A stretch of 64,000 nucleotides of DNA. Source: a phage. This document shows, one piece after another, positions 46,840 through 56,703 of this stretch (position 1 is the stretch's first letter; every line of letters starts with the position of its first letter). Both the position numbers and the translations under genes were made by a program. Below the pieces are notes generated by a model. It did not search any database, was not told the origin of the DNA, and saw only the letters and a program-made list of their open reading frames with translations. The stretch lies in sequence record PZ386951.1. One strand, given 5' to 3'.

Positions 46840-48653
46840 TGGTGTTTAACCCTATGCATGATTTCTTTATTTTTGCCAAGATTAAATCCGCGTTCGTTCG
46901 GATTTCCCAAATAACCACATGTTCTTCTTATTGTGTTCATCTTTTTAGGATCAGTTTCTCCACAAATAGAACAAACAAATCCGTTTTCAGTAGGAGTCAT
47001 TTCATGGGTACTTCCGCATGTAAAACATTTATCTACTGGCATATTAACACCAAAATAATCTAAATGTTGTGCGGCATAATCCCATACAGCCTCAAGACCT
47101 TTTAAGTTATTTTTCATATCAGGAAGTTCAACATAAGAAATGTGACCACCTGTCGCAATGAAATGATATGGCGCTTCACGAGAAATCTTTTCAAACGGAG
47201 TAATATTTTCTTCTACTGAAACATGGAAACTGTTAGTGTACCAGCCTTTATCAGTAACATCCTTTACACTTCCATATTTTTCAGTATCAAGTTTACAGAA
47301 ACGATAACAAAGGTTTTCAGCAGGAGTCGAATATAAACTAAAAGCAAATCCAGTTCTTTCAGTCCACTGTTTAAGATGAGCATTCATTTTAGTTAAAATT
47401 TCTTGTCCAATATCACGACCGACAAGAATATTCAATTCGTGAATACCAATGTATCCTAGGGACACTGAACTTCTACCGTTTTTAAATAACTCAATTATAT
47501 CATCATCAGGTTTAAGACGAACCCCAAATGCACCTTCTTGGTAAAGAATAGGAGCAACAGTTGCTTTAACTCCTTTTAAGGAACTAATTCTACACATCAA
47601 AGCTTCAAAACATAAATCCATTCGTTCATTGAACAATTCAGTAAATTTCTGTTCATTGAACTGTGTTCCAATATAAGAATCTAATGCGATACGAGGAAGA
47701 TTCAGTGTTACAACACCAAGATTATTACGTCCATCAAGAATTTCATTACCAGTCGAATCTTTCCATACGCTCAAGAAACTACGGCAACCCATCGGAGAAA
47801 CAGGAACAGATGAACCAGTGATAGCTTTATTGTTCTTAGCTGAAATAATATCAGGATACATCCTTTTGCTTGCGCACTCTAGAGCAAGCTGTTTAATATC
47901 ATAGTTCGGATCGTCTTTGTAAAGATTAACACCTTCTTCAACGAACATAACAAGCTTAGGGAAAATAGGAGTTATCCCATCACGACCGAGACCTTTAATA
48001 CGATTTTTCAGAATTGCTTTCTGAATCATTCGTTCAGTCCAGTCAGTTCCCGTACCAAATGTAATTGTTACAAAAGGCGTTTGTCCGTTTGAACTAAAGA
48101 GAGTATTTACTTCATATTCATAAGCTTGGAATGCATCGTATACGTCTTTTTCTGTTTTAGATTGAGCATAATTCAACGCATCGGCGATTTGCCATTTTTC
48201 TGCATCCTCAATATGTTTTGCATAGGTGCGTTTAACATAAGGAGAAAGTACTTTATCTACATTCGCAAAAGTCGTTCCGCCGTATTGATGGGAAGCAACC
48301 TGTGCAGTAATTTGTGCCATAATTGCAGTAGCAACACCGATTGATTTAGGAGTTTCAATCTGTGCATTACCAAGCTTAAATCCGTTCTCAAGCATTCCTT
48401 TTAAATCTACTAAACAACAATTAGTAAATGGAAGAGCAGGGGAATAATCAATATCATGGAAATGAATAATTCCGCTTTCATGTGCTTTCATAATAAAAGA
48501 CGGGACCATATTTTTGGCAATGTGTTTAGACACAATACCAGCCATAAGGTCCCGTTGAGTTGGAAAAACACGAGAATCTTTATTAGCATTCTCGTTCAAA
48601 AGGTCTTTATTAGTTTTATGAATCAATCCTTCAATTTCTTTTTCAATTGTCAT
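46836..48653 (-). CDS. nrdD: anaerobic ribonucleotide reductase NrdD, uninterrupted
   Basis: 605-aa continuous ORF with C-terminal glycyl-radical/zinc region (CFTCGSTHE...CSICG). Confidence 0.93.
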   Translation of the reverse strand: MTIEKEIEGLIHKTNKDLLNENANKDSRVFPTQRDLMAGIVSKHIAKNMVPSFIMKAHESGIIHFHDIDYSPALPFTNCCLVDLKGMLENGFKLGNAQIETPKSIGVATAIMAQITAQVASHQYGGTTFANVDKVLSPYVKRTYAKHIEDAEKWQIADALNYAQSKTEKDVYDAFQAYEYEVNTLFSSNGQTPFVTITFGTGTDWTERMIQKAILKNRIKGLGRDGITPIFPKLVMFVEEGVNLYKDDPNYDIKQLALECASKRMYPDIISAKNNKAITGSSVPVSPMGCRSFLSVWKDSTGNEILDGRNNLGVVTLNLPRIALDSYIGTQFNEQKFTELFNERMDLCFEALMCRISSLKGVKATVAPILYQEGAFGVRLKPDDDIIELFKNGRSSVSLGYIGIHELNILVGRDIGQEILTKMNAHLKQWTERTGFAFSLYSTPAENLCYRFCKLDTEKYGSVKDVTDKGWYTNSFHVSVEENITPFEKISREAPYHFIATGGHISYVELPDMKNNLKGLEAVWDYAAQHLDYFGVNMPVDKCFTCGSTHEMTPTENGFVCSICGETDPKKMNTIRRTCGYLGNPNERGFNLGKNKEIMHRVKHQ

Positions 48654-49123
48654 TTTAAACTCTTTCTAAGCTGCTTCTTAAATGAAGCTATTAATTGTGT
48701 TTTGGTGTCAGATTCATTATATTCAAATCCTCTTTGAAGCATCTCGGCCATCATTTCCTCTTTTCCTAAACGAGAAAATTCCTTTGATTTATCTCCAACA
48801 AAGTTAGGGTGAATATTATTTTGGGTGTAATCGGATTTTAAATAAGTAAGTAAATTTTCTAACCATTCAAGATAATCAACACCTTGTCCCTTTAAGCCAG
48901 AACGATTAAATTTATGCTTCATTTGACCTTCTGCAGCATTGCATAGATTACAAAGCAATCCACGTACCTTTCCTGCTTTTGGTCCATTTAATTCATGGTC
49001 ATGGTCGAGGTGATTAGCTTGAACATCAGGATTTAGTTCTCGTTGGCAAATTAAGCATTTACCGTTTTGTGCATCATAAAATTTCTGTTTTTCTTCTTTA
49101 TATAATTTGCCAGTCAATAACAT
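48650..49123 (-). CDS. 49: endonuclease VII gp49 (Holliday junction resolvase)
   Basis: 157-aa ORF, same length as T4 gp49; zinc-binding CLIC...CNLC. Confidence 0.9.
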   Translation of the reverse strand: MLLTGKLYKEEKQKFYDAQNGKCLICQRELNPDVQANHLDHDHELNGPKAGKVRGLLCNLCNAAEGQMKHKFNRSGLKGQGVDYLEWLENLLTYLKSDYTQNNIHPNFVGDKSKEFSRLGKEEMMAEMLQRGFEYNESDTKTQLIASFKKQLRKSLK

Positions 49124-49165
49124 AATAAAACCCTTACCTTAAATAGATAAGGGTATTTATTATTT

Positions 49166-49651
49166 TCAAGTATTGTAAAACATTTGATTCAATCGCTTAT
49201 ATTGCCGAATCTTTTGGTCAGAAAAAGAAATTTGAGTTTCAAGCCATTCAATATATTCTGCCGCAGCTTGCATCAAATTTCCTTCATAGCCATCGTTATT
49301 TTCTTGTGCAGCTAATTTAGCTAATGCATATGAAATACGTTCACCTTGAAAATCGGCTTTAGGCTTCTGAACAACTTGATTAGTTCGCTCTACAACTTCT
49401 TCAATTTCGCCATTTTCGACTGATTCAGTATTCCACAAGCACCAATACGTAATTGGCTTATCGTAGATGTTAATAATCTTTCCATCAGAAAGTTCAATTT
49501 CAATAATTCCAGTATCAGGCTCTATATCATCTTCGCATTCTTTTGCAAGTTCACGAACTTTAAAGACGGTGCCTGCACTAAGTTCCGGCCAGTAATTACA
49601 CAGCCCTGTATCAGCACGATTAATTCTAAACCACTTATCTACTGTAATCAT
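49166..49651 (-). CDS. pin: Pin-sized protein (protease inhibitor position)
   Basis: 161 aa from internal ATG (MITVDKWF...), equal to recalled T4 Pin length; position next to gene 49. Confidence 0.55.
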   Translation of the reverse strand: MITVDKWFRINRADTGLCNYWPELSAGTVFKVRELAKECEDDIEPDTGIIEIELSDGKIINIYDKPITYWCLWNTESVENGEIEEVVERTNQVVQKPKADFQGERISYALAKLAAQENNDGYEGNLMQAAAEYIEWLETQISFSDQKIRQYKRLNQMFYNT

Positions 49652-49774
49652 GTCCCATCTCCATATCAATTAAGTCATTTATCGTTGGTTCATTATATAC
49701 TGTTTCTTCATCAGTGTAAACCGGTTCTTCCGGCTCTGACTCTACAGTTTCCCATCTAGCCGCCCACCAAGGTT

Positions 49775-50095
49775 TTATAGCGTAATCCATTCTCGTACTG
49801 TCTGAGTTACTACACGTTCACGGGGCTCGACTAGTTCAACAGTCGGAACTGCATAATACCAGTCAGAATGATAAGAACCTGACCGAGATTCATTTACCGC
49901 TACATGTACATTATGTTTTGGACTAAAGTAAACACACTGACGATATTGGCATTTACCATCTTGCACCCAGTCTTCTATTTCAACAGGTTTAAGATAATCG
50001 GAAAAATCGAAATCATAGTTTTCCGAAAATGCATCATGGTCTTCAATGATTTCGCTCAGAACTGCATCAACATCTAATTTATTTTCAATAGTCAT
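49775..50095 (-). CDS. hypothetical protein (106 aa)
   Basis: Minus ORF with ATG start. Confidence 0.5.
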   Translation of the reverse strand: MTIENKLDVDAVLSEIIEDHDAFSENYDFDFSDYLKPVEIEDWVQDGKCQYRQCVYFSPKHNVHVAVNESRSGSYHSDWYYAVPTVELVEPRERVVTQTVREWITL

Positions 50096-50105
50096 TTTTC
50101 ACCAA

Positions 50106-50275
50106 TTAATTTCGCAATTTATTAAGTTCTTCATCATCAATCCAGGATTCTAGTCCTGATGGCAGGGCACATTCAATTTCCCAAAGAAGTTCTTCAATTT
50201 TATGAAGACGATCTAGTTCTTCAGCAGGAATAGTAACCATTGACGGAGCTCGTGATACATTAATATCGTAAATCA
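50106..50275 (-). CDS. hypothetical protein (56 aa)
   Basis: Minus ORF MIYDINVSRAPSMVTIPAEELDRLHKIEELLWEIE...; below track cut-off. Confidence 0.35.
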
Positions 50276-50278
50276 TAT

Positions 50279-50494
50279 TTACCCCAATTTAACCATACAA
50301 TCGCCGTATTTCCACTTAGAAATAGACTTTTCACCATTAGAATAATAAACTTCGAGTTTAGCACGATTATTTTTAATTTGAATAACCTTTGCTGTCATCA
50401 AAGTTCCATACCCATAATAAACTGCAACTTCATCACCTACATATACCGCGCTTCCGCGGTAATCATGAATATAGTCATTTCCTTCGAGCATCAT
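50279..50494 (-). CDS. hypothetical protein (71 aa)
   Basis: Minus ORF, 4-nt overlap with nrdC. Confidence 0.5.
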   Translation of the reverse strand: MMLEGNDYIHDYRGSAVYVGDEVAVYYGYGTLMTAKVIQIKNNRAKLEVYYSNGEKSISKWKYGDCMVKLG

Positions 50495-50754
50495 TTAAAA
50501 TATTCTCGCAGTTGGTCAAATCCACCAATATGACTTCCATCAGGAGCAAATACTTGAGGCATCGTCAAGCCGATTTGAGTATCACGACCTAGTTTAGTCA
50601 GAAGCTCAGCAATTTTCTCATCATCAAAAACACCTTTTTCCGGCATAATGTTGATAAATTCAAACGGCTGTTTCTTCACGGTCAAAAGACGTTTTGCATT
50701 ATCACAATACACACATTTGTGGATGTTGCTATCATAACCATATACTTTAAACAT
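50491..50754 (-). CDS. nrdC: NrdC thioredoxin/glutaredoxin
   Basis: 87-aa ORF with CVYC active site, same length as T4 NrdC. Confidence 0.85.
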   Translation of the reverse strand: MFKVYGYDSNIHKCVYCDNAKRLLTVKKQPFEFINIMPEKGVFDDEKIAELLTKLGRDTQIGLTMPQVFAPDGSHIGGFDQLREYFK

Positions 50755-50755
50755 A

Positions 50756-50996
50756 TTATTCCTTAATTCCTAGTACTTGTTTAAAAGTCTCGTCGTAATC
50801 AAGACTTTGGCCCGTTTGTTCTTTATGTTTGTATATAATATCACTTACTTCTGATAGCATATTTTTATATGAACGAGTTAAAGCAGATTTAAGCACGCTG
50901 TATCTATCAGGAAATTTACCATGTTCATTATAATAAGCTATTACTAATTCACGGACTGCCTTTTCAGCAGTCTCCATATATTCTTTACGCTTGGTC
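50756..50996 (-). CDS. hypothetical protein (about 80 aa)
   Basis: Start at internal ATG ([13 protein letters not shown]...); track ORF extended upstream overlaps the next gene. Confidence 0.5.
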
Positions 50997-51281
50997 ATTT
51001 TCTTCTCGGTCAAATCGGTGTTTACAATGGCGACATTTATAACGAAGATTATTAGTCTGCCAATGGACCAATTGCACCTGTTCAGTTCCACATTCAGGGC
51101 AATTAGGAACGTTTTTAGAAGCCCTTTCGCGACGCTTAACCATAGCCATAATGGCATCCCATGCTGGAGGTTTAAAATCTAAATCGTCAGTAACTAGCAG
51201 TCCTTTATCAAACCCAGCGCATGGAGTCCATTCAGGAAAATCTGAAGCTTCGGCAATATCTTCTAATAAACGCTTTTTCAT
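50985..51281 (-). CDS. zinc-finger protein (98 aa)
   Basis: CPECG...CRHCKH four-Cys pattern. Confidence 0.55.
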   Translation of the reverse strand: MKKRLLEDIAEASDFPEWTPCAGFDKGLLVTDDLDFKPPAWDAIMAMVKRRERASKNVPNCPECGTEQVQLVHWQTNNLRYKCRHCKHRFDREENDQA

Positions 51282-52204
51282 TTCAGTATCTCAATAGCAT
51301 CACGTAAACCATTTGCTTTGGCGGTTAAAGCCTTAAGAACTTTAGTATGCTCTTCAATCTGTTTTTCAACTTCAATCAAACGAGCATTGAGATATTCGCG
51401 TTCTTCTTTCATAGTATCATTCCCATGATTGGATTTTGGTGTAGGTTTAAATTCACTAGGGTCCTTTAATTTAATAACAAATTTAGTTTCAAACAGTGAA
51501 AGACCATAATTCGTATTATCATCAAAGGATTTGACTACATCCATATCAGATAATAACACGCGTAAATTATAAGCCAAAGAACTAATAGTTTCATTGTGTT
51601 TATTAGCTTCGCGTGGTTTCATATACGGAAGATTTTTATATATCTCGTGCGGAGCACAAACAATAATTGACAATTCAAATTGCCCATTCTGGGACGATGG
51701 AGTGAATTTAGCCGTAACCCAGTCTTTTACATTCACATTAATAGTACGGTTATCACCATGACAAAACAGTCTACGAGAATGCTTAAAAAGCATATTCACG
51801 TTATTATTGAATTCGTGTGAAAATTCACTAGCAAATTTTTCTTTACTATCTTTAGAAAACCATTCTTCTAAATAAGTTCTTTTCACGTCGTTAATAATAT
51901 TAAATGTAACAACACTAGCATTTGATACATTAGTCTCAATGTAGCTTGGATACATAAATTTTTTAACATTATTAACAGCTATCACAGAAGATAGTAATCG
52001 GGAACGTTTGAACCACTCTAGCAAAGAACCAAGAGAATGTGAATATGCATTTTGTGTATCTTTACAAATATGGTTTTCCCATCCAATATAGTCTAAAAAA
52101 TCACGAAGAATATTATTGATTACTGCTCTGTGTCCAATCTGATAATTACGGTGTTTAGTAATAAGACTGTCAAAATAATCAATATAATGTTTACGAGTTT
52201 TCAT
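51278..52204 (-). CDS. hypothetical protein, tandem-paralog family member A, C-terminal coiled coil
   Basis: 308 aa; N-terminus MKTRKHYIDYFDSLI; C-terminal heptad-like [42 protein letters not shown]. Confidence 0.6.
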   Translation of the reverse strand: MKTRKHYIDYFDSLITKHRNYQIGHRAVINNILRDFLDYIGWENHICKDTQNAYSHSLGSLLEWFKRSRLLSSVIAVNNVKKFMYPSYIETNVSNASVVTFNIINDVKRTYLEEWFSKDSKEKFASEFSHEFNNNVNMLFKHSRRLFCHGDNRTINVNVKDWVTAKFTPSSQNGQFELSIIVCAPHEIYKNLPYMKPREANKHNETISSLAYNLRVLLSDMDVVKSFDDNTNYGLSLFETKFVIKLKDPSEFKPTPKSNHGNDTMKEEREYLNARLIEVEKQIEEHTKVLKALTAKANGLRDAIEILK

Positions 52205-52256
52205 GTTCTTCTCACTTGGTTAATGATTTATACTCCGAGCCATCCTTGGCTTTAAA

Positions 52257-53258
52257 TTACTTAATTAACTGTAAAGCTTGTTCAAGACGATCAAGACGAT
52301 TAACGGATTCTTCCCAAATCTTTTTAGCCTGCTCATATTCTTTCTGCGCTTTATTAGAAATTTCTAGAGCTTCTTTATAAGCTTTTTCTAGTGCAATAAC
52401 TTCTGGACGAATTTCTATCGGTTCAGGTGAATCGTCAAGACATTCCATTAGTTCCTCAAGGGTAGTTTCTTCTTTAGGAGTATTCACAATTTCATCACAT
52501 TTTTGTTGATAAATTTCTTTATCAGTAGGTGAGTACGCGCACTTTACTTCACGAAGACTAATTACAATTTTATATCCTTCCCAACCGCATATATTCTTAA
52601 AAGGATAAGTATGAATATTTTCTACTGTTTCCATACAAAGTAATGCGGTCTCTAATTGACGAGTTATAGTGCTAGCAATTGAGAAAAATTTATTAATATT
52701 CTTTTGGTTAGTTTCTGGTGTAAAAAATCCATAATTCACAAAAATAGATACTTTATTTTTATCAAGTTCATATTCTTTTATGATAATCATATCAGAAGCC
52801 AAAGGATGAATTTGACGATAATCGCCATAACATAATTTAGAAGCTGATTTTAGAATCTGTCCTTTGAAAAGTCTGAAATTACTAATCCAACGACGAGTAA
52901 AAATATTCTCAGGGTCTTCTTTATTATTAAGATGATAAGAATTAACATCACCGAACCAATTATATCCTACTACATCTTTGGTTCGTTTAATTTCTTTCCC
53001 AAAATTACCAAGAATATCCCGATTAACCAAATATGAAAGAAGACGAGACTCTTTAAAGGTTTTCTTGATAAGATCTTTATCTACACGGCTAGAAATTTTA
53101 CGAATTTCATGAATAAATTTAGTAGAAGAAACAATACTTGCATCAACACTATTGAGCCATTGATTGATAATAGAAAGAACGATATTTTGACCAAACATCG
53201 GTATAGCTTTATCATCAATAACGCTATTGAATGATTTGATATATTCGTTACGAGTCAT
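52257..53258 (-). CDS. hypothetical protein, tandem-paralog family member B
   Basis: About 333 aa from MTRNEYIKSFNSVI (GAGGAG RBS); C-terminal coiled coil ...EKAYKEALEISNKAQKEYEQAKKIWEESVNRLDRLEQALQLIK. Confidence 0.6.
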   Translation of the reverse strand: MTRNEYIKSFNSVIDDKAIPMFGQNIVLSIINQWLNSVDASIVSSTKFIHEIRKISSRVDKDLIKKTFKESRLLSYLVNRDILGNFGKEIKRTKDVVGYNWFGDVNSYHLNNKEDPENIFTRRWISNFRLFKGQILKSASKLCYGDYRQIHPLASDMIIIKEYELDKNKVSIFVNYGFFTPETNQKNINKFFSIASTITRQLETALLCMETVENIHTYPFKNICGWEGYKIVISLREVKCAYSPTDKEIYQQKCDEIVNTPKEETTLEELMECLDDSPEPIEIRPEVIALEKAYKEALEISNKAQKEYEQAKKIWEESVNRLDRLEQALQLIK

Positions 53259-53286
53259 ATTAATCTCCTCAGTAGAAAGTAAGAAC

Positions 53287-53316
53287 ATTATACCACATCC
53301 TTGTGGCAAAGTAAAC
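53287..53316 (-). promoter_or_regulatory. T4-type early promoter inside the paralog array
   Basis: CATTATACCA at 53287-53295, GTAAAC at 53311-53316. Confidence 0.55.
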
Positions 53317-54344
53317 TAGTTCAGTGCATTTAGTGCATTGTTCAGTTTAGAACGTTGCTTTGTCAGATTTTGAACCCTTGACTGAGCTTGTTCTAACACC
53401 TTTTCAGCTTCTAGCACTTCATTAGTTGCTTTAACGAGTTCATCATCTACTGCCTTAAGAGACTTCTCAATCGCGTCAGCGTGCCATTTTTCTACAGGTT
53501 TAAAATTTGAATTTTCAGTAGGAAGAAAACTCACTTTATTAAGTTTACATGCATCTATATTGCTTGAGCTATACATCCAAAATTTAGGATCGTTTGATAA
53601 GTAATTGGATAAATTTAAATTTAAGTTATCTTGTACTTCCTGCTTTTTCTCTTGCGGGACTTCGTCCTTTCTCAAAAAATCGTATTTAAATGAAACGATC
53701 ATATCAAGTTCATATGATGTTGTATCTAATTTAAATCGTTCAAAACGAGGTAAAATCTTAGATTGAACAGCAGCAACAACATCCATATACTTAAATGCTT
53801 CTGTCAACTGTGATTTAAGGCATTCACAAATTGAAAGAGAATTTTTTGTATTAGGTTTAAAACTAATTCGCGCAGTTCTATTATTTTCTTTTAACGGTCT
53901 TACTTCCATCTGAAGAGTATAACCATCAAATTTCAGATTCTTTAAGTTAATATCAGAGCCTTTTAATCGACTAGAAGTAGACAAAATTTGCTTTAATTGT
54001 TTACGGAATAGAGCAATAAATCTCCATTCAATACGATAATGATTTGGATTGAAAAATCCAGATGATAAATCGACCTTACTCTGACCAACACCTTGAACAA
54101 ATAGAGGATTTTTATAATCAATAGTTTTACAGAAATCGGTGAGCTGCTCACGAGCAGTCATTTGCGTAATATACCCTGCTTTACTAAAATTACGCACCCA
54201 TTCACTGCTATTCGTATACTTAAAGTGATGAATAACACGATTAACTTTATCAGGGTCTAAATTATTTTCACACAAAAATGTCATAACATCACGAGTATAA
54301 CTGGCATTACGAACCATATCTTCAATTTGAGAACGAGTTTTCAT
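53316..54344 (-). CDS. hypothetical protein, tandem-paralog family member C
   Basis: 342 aa; N-terminus MKTRSQIEDMV; C-terminal coiled coil ...LEAEKVLEQAQSRVQNLTKQRSKLNNALNALN. Confidence 0.6.
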   Translation of the reverse strand: MKTRSQIEDMVRNASYTRDVMTFLCENNLDPDKVNRVIHHFKYTNSSEWVRNFSKAGYITQMTAREQLTDFCKTIDYKNPLFVQGVGQSKVDLSSGFFNPNHYRIEWRFIALFRKQLKQILSTSSRLKGSDINLKNLKFDGYTLQMEVRPLKENNRTARISFKPNTKNSLSICECLKSQLTEAFKYMDVVAAVQSKILPRFERFKLDTTSYELDMIVSFKYDFLRKDEVPQEKKQEVQDNLNLNLSNYLSNDPKFWMYSSSNIDACKLNKVSFLPTENSNFKPVEKWHADAIEKSLKAVDDELVKATNEVLEAEKVLEQAQSRVQNLTKQRSKLNNALNALN

Positions 54345-54352
54345 AGTGTTCC

Positions 54353-55240
54353 TTAAGATTTAAGTAAATCAACAATTTTAATTAACTTTTCACGCTCAGA
54401 TTTAGCTTTACTACTCAATCCAGATAGTCTGAAAATTTCATCGTCATACTGTTGAATAGAAATATTCAGCTCTTCAATTTGCTTATTAAAATAATCAATT
54501 TGTTCAGAATGTTTTTCGTTACTACGAACTGGTACATGTTTTGTAGGTAATTTAGATGAACTGGATTCATCCGGGCGATAAATTAAAATACAACTTGAAC
54601 CAATCGGGCATTTTGCACCAGACGAATATTCTAATGTTCCGGCTTCTTTTAAAACTTCAAAAGCTAAACAGAGATGATGTCCCATATTAACATAATCTGT
54701 AGAGCGAGCTCTGATATAATAATCATCGCCGCGAATACTAAATTTAAAGCATTTAAGGTCTTCTGTATTATTGGTCTTAAAAATCATTTGTTTATCTAGA
54801 CCTTTAGCTAATCGAGCGCCTAATGCTAATAATCGTCGTTGATTTTCCCACAAATCTGCGATCATTTGGTCAAATGATAATTTCGGCATTAGTCGACCGT
54901 AAAGATCATAGCCTTTATTATAATTGCGAAGGATTTCACTCGCATTAATACGAGACAACGCTCCAATTTTATTAAGGGCTTTCATAATGCGATTAGATAA
55001 ACCCATTCCAGACCCGTTTGTTCGTTGTAAATGTTTATCTAATCCAAACCCAATATCAACTTTAAATTTATCTAAAATTTCAGCATGAACATCTCTGTCA
55101 ATAACATTCAAATCCAAAGTTGGGTTAAATCTATGAAAAAATTTATCTGGCTCTCCACGACGAAGTACAGTCCATTCATTCAATTTTTTATTAACTAAAG
55201 ATTTAATTACTGCATTGACATTATTAATTACGACTGACAT
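54353..55240 (-). CDS. hypothetical protein, tandem-paralog family member D
   Basis: About 295 aa from ATG 55238-55240 (GAGGAAAAT RBS; track start TTG); C-terminal coiled coil ...QIEELNISIQQYDDEIFRLSGLSSKAKSEREKLIKIVDLLKS. Confidence 0.55.
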   Translation of the reverse strand: MSVVINNVNAVIKSLVNKKLNEWTVLRRGEPDKFFHRFNPTLDLNVIDRDVHAEILDKFKVDIGFGLDKHLQRTNGSGMGLSNRIMKALNKIGALSRINASEILRNYNKGYDLYGRLMPKLSFDQMIADLWENQRRLLALGARLAKGLDKQMIFKTNNTEDLKCFKFSIRGDDYYIRARSTDYVNMGHHLCLAFEVLKEAGTLEYSSGAKCPIGSSCILIYRPDESSSSKLPTKHVPVRSNEKHSEQIDYFNKQIEELNISIQQYDDEIFRLSGLSSKAKSEREKLIKIVDLLKS

Positions 55241-55247
55241 ATTTTCC

Positions 55248-55655
55248 TCACTCAATTTCAATTTTACTAAATATACAGAATAAGATGGAACAGACTATAT
55301 AAGCACCACACACAGATTGAACTAATACCATTCCAAAGAACCAAATAATATTATCAAACAATGTCTGTTTTACGTCGAAAGGACGTAAACTTACAGTAAT
55401 ATTATCACCTTTTTCTATTGAAGAATACATCTCTGGGGAAATATATTCACTAAATCTATAACCGTCTTTGAGTTCATATACAGCAATAAATGATAAACTA
55501 GACCCCTTTCCTTGAGTTCCTGTAATGGTATTAACTACAGTAACATCATAATCTTTATAATGCATATAATCATTAATTGCGTAATAACCATATGCAATTA
55601 CTATACATAAACAACATATCAATAAATTCAATCTTTTAATTATCAACCGTTTCAT
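55248..55655 (-). CDS. membrane protein (135 aa), N- and C-terminal TM segments
   Basis: LLICCLCIVIAYGYYAI and IIWFFGMVLVQSVCGAYIVCSILFCIF hydrophobic segments. Confidence 0.55.
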   Translation of the reverse strand: MKRLIIKRLNLLICCLCIVIAYGYYAINDYMHYKDYDVTVVNTITGTQGKGSSLSFIAVYELKDGYRFSEYISPEMYSSIEKGDNITVSLRPFDVKQTLFDNIIWFFGMVLVQSVCGAYIVCSILFCIFSKIEIE

Positions 55656-55710
55656 AATAATCTCAATTAAAAGGGCTTAGAACCATTATACCATCCTTGG
55701 TATAAAGCGG

Positions 55711-56238
55711 TTATGCGAGTACCGTCTTTAACCGTTCTTCAAACTTCCGAAGAGTATTTTGGCGTTCAGCTCTTTGCTTTTTGTAAGTTTCAATACGCTC
55801 TGAAATGAGAGTGTATCGTTCATTTACTGATTCTTTCATAAAATCAGGAATTTCACGAGAAGTTTTAATCTCGTCAAATTTATCAATAACAGCTTGCTCT
55901 TCAGCAATTAAGTTATCATACATCAAAATATCTTTCTTGATGAACTCAATATCTTCTTGAGTTACACGAGATAATTTAGATGCTTTATCCTTTTTGTACT
56001 GTTCGTTAGTATCACGAGACCAGTGTAATGTACGATTTTTATTCGTATTCTTGTAAATTTCTACAATACCAATCTCATCGATAATAACGATCCAATTCCA
56101 ACGGGATTTGTAAATTTGTCCTCCATCAACAGTGATTTCACCTCCGATTGAGATGTCATTAAAGAACTTGCTTTGTGCTTCTGATTTAAATTTACCATCG
56201 TTGTAATTTACCAGGTTGAAAATATCTTTAGCGTTCAT
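55711..56238 (-). CDS. hypothetical protein (175 aa) with C-terminal coiled coil
   Basis: ATG with GGAGG RBS downstream of early promoter. Confidence 0.6.
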   Translation of the reverse strand: MNAKDIFNLVNYNDGKFKSEAQSKFFNDISIGGEITVDGGQIYKSRWNWIVIIDEIGIVEIYKNTNKNRTLHWSRDTNEQYKKDKASKLSRVTQEDIEFIKKDILMYDNLIAEEQAVIDKFDEIKTSREIPDFMKESVNERYTLISERIETYKKQRAERQNTLRKFEERLKTVLA

Positions 56239-56263
56239 TTTGTGTTCCTCCGTAGTTGATAGT

Positions 56264-56294
56264 TGTATAGTACCACAGAGGAACAGTCTTGTAA
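56264..56294 (-). promoter_or_regulatory. T4-type early promoter
   Basis: TATAGTACCA at 56264-56273, GTAAAC at 56289-56294. Confidence 0.6.
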
Positions 56295-56298
56295 ACCA

Positions 56299-56613
56299 CT
56301 AAAAGAAACTTCTTTCACAATTTTTTCCACTGAACCATGCGCTCACTGCTTTCTTAGTCTCAGGAGCGGTGTTATCCATAAACCATTCAAAGGCAGCCTT
56401 TTTATGATTCTGGAGGGCTTCTCGGGCTTTAATCTGCTCACGGTCTATTAACACTAACATATGAGCCTTTCTTGTCACCAAGGGCTTCTTATGATTTTTT
56501 GAATACTCCCAATCATTTGTCCATCGCATCGTTGTTGCGAATTGAAATACAGCTTCTTTAATTTTAGTTTCGTAAATTTCACGAGCCTTTGAGTATAACA
56601 TCACTACCTCCAT
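56299..56613 (-). CDS. hypothetical protein (104 aa)
   Basis: Minus ORF with ATG start. Confidence 0.5.
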   Translation of the reverse strand: MEVVMLYSKAREIYETKIKEAVFQFATTMRWTNDWEYSKNHKKPLVTRKAHMLVLIDREQIKAREALQNHKKAAFEWFMDNTAPETKKAVSAWFSGKNCERSFF

Positions 56614-56703
56614 TTACCAGTTTAATTCTAATCATCTTTTTGATGGCAGTCCATATAATCTATTTCTGAACTGCCTTTTTGTCATAGAAGTCCTCTTATG
56701 AAT

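Noticed and set aside
46836-48653. Possible group I intron within nrdD, as in T4
   Set aside because: The ORF is continuous for 605 codons with no internal stops or non-coding insert.
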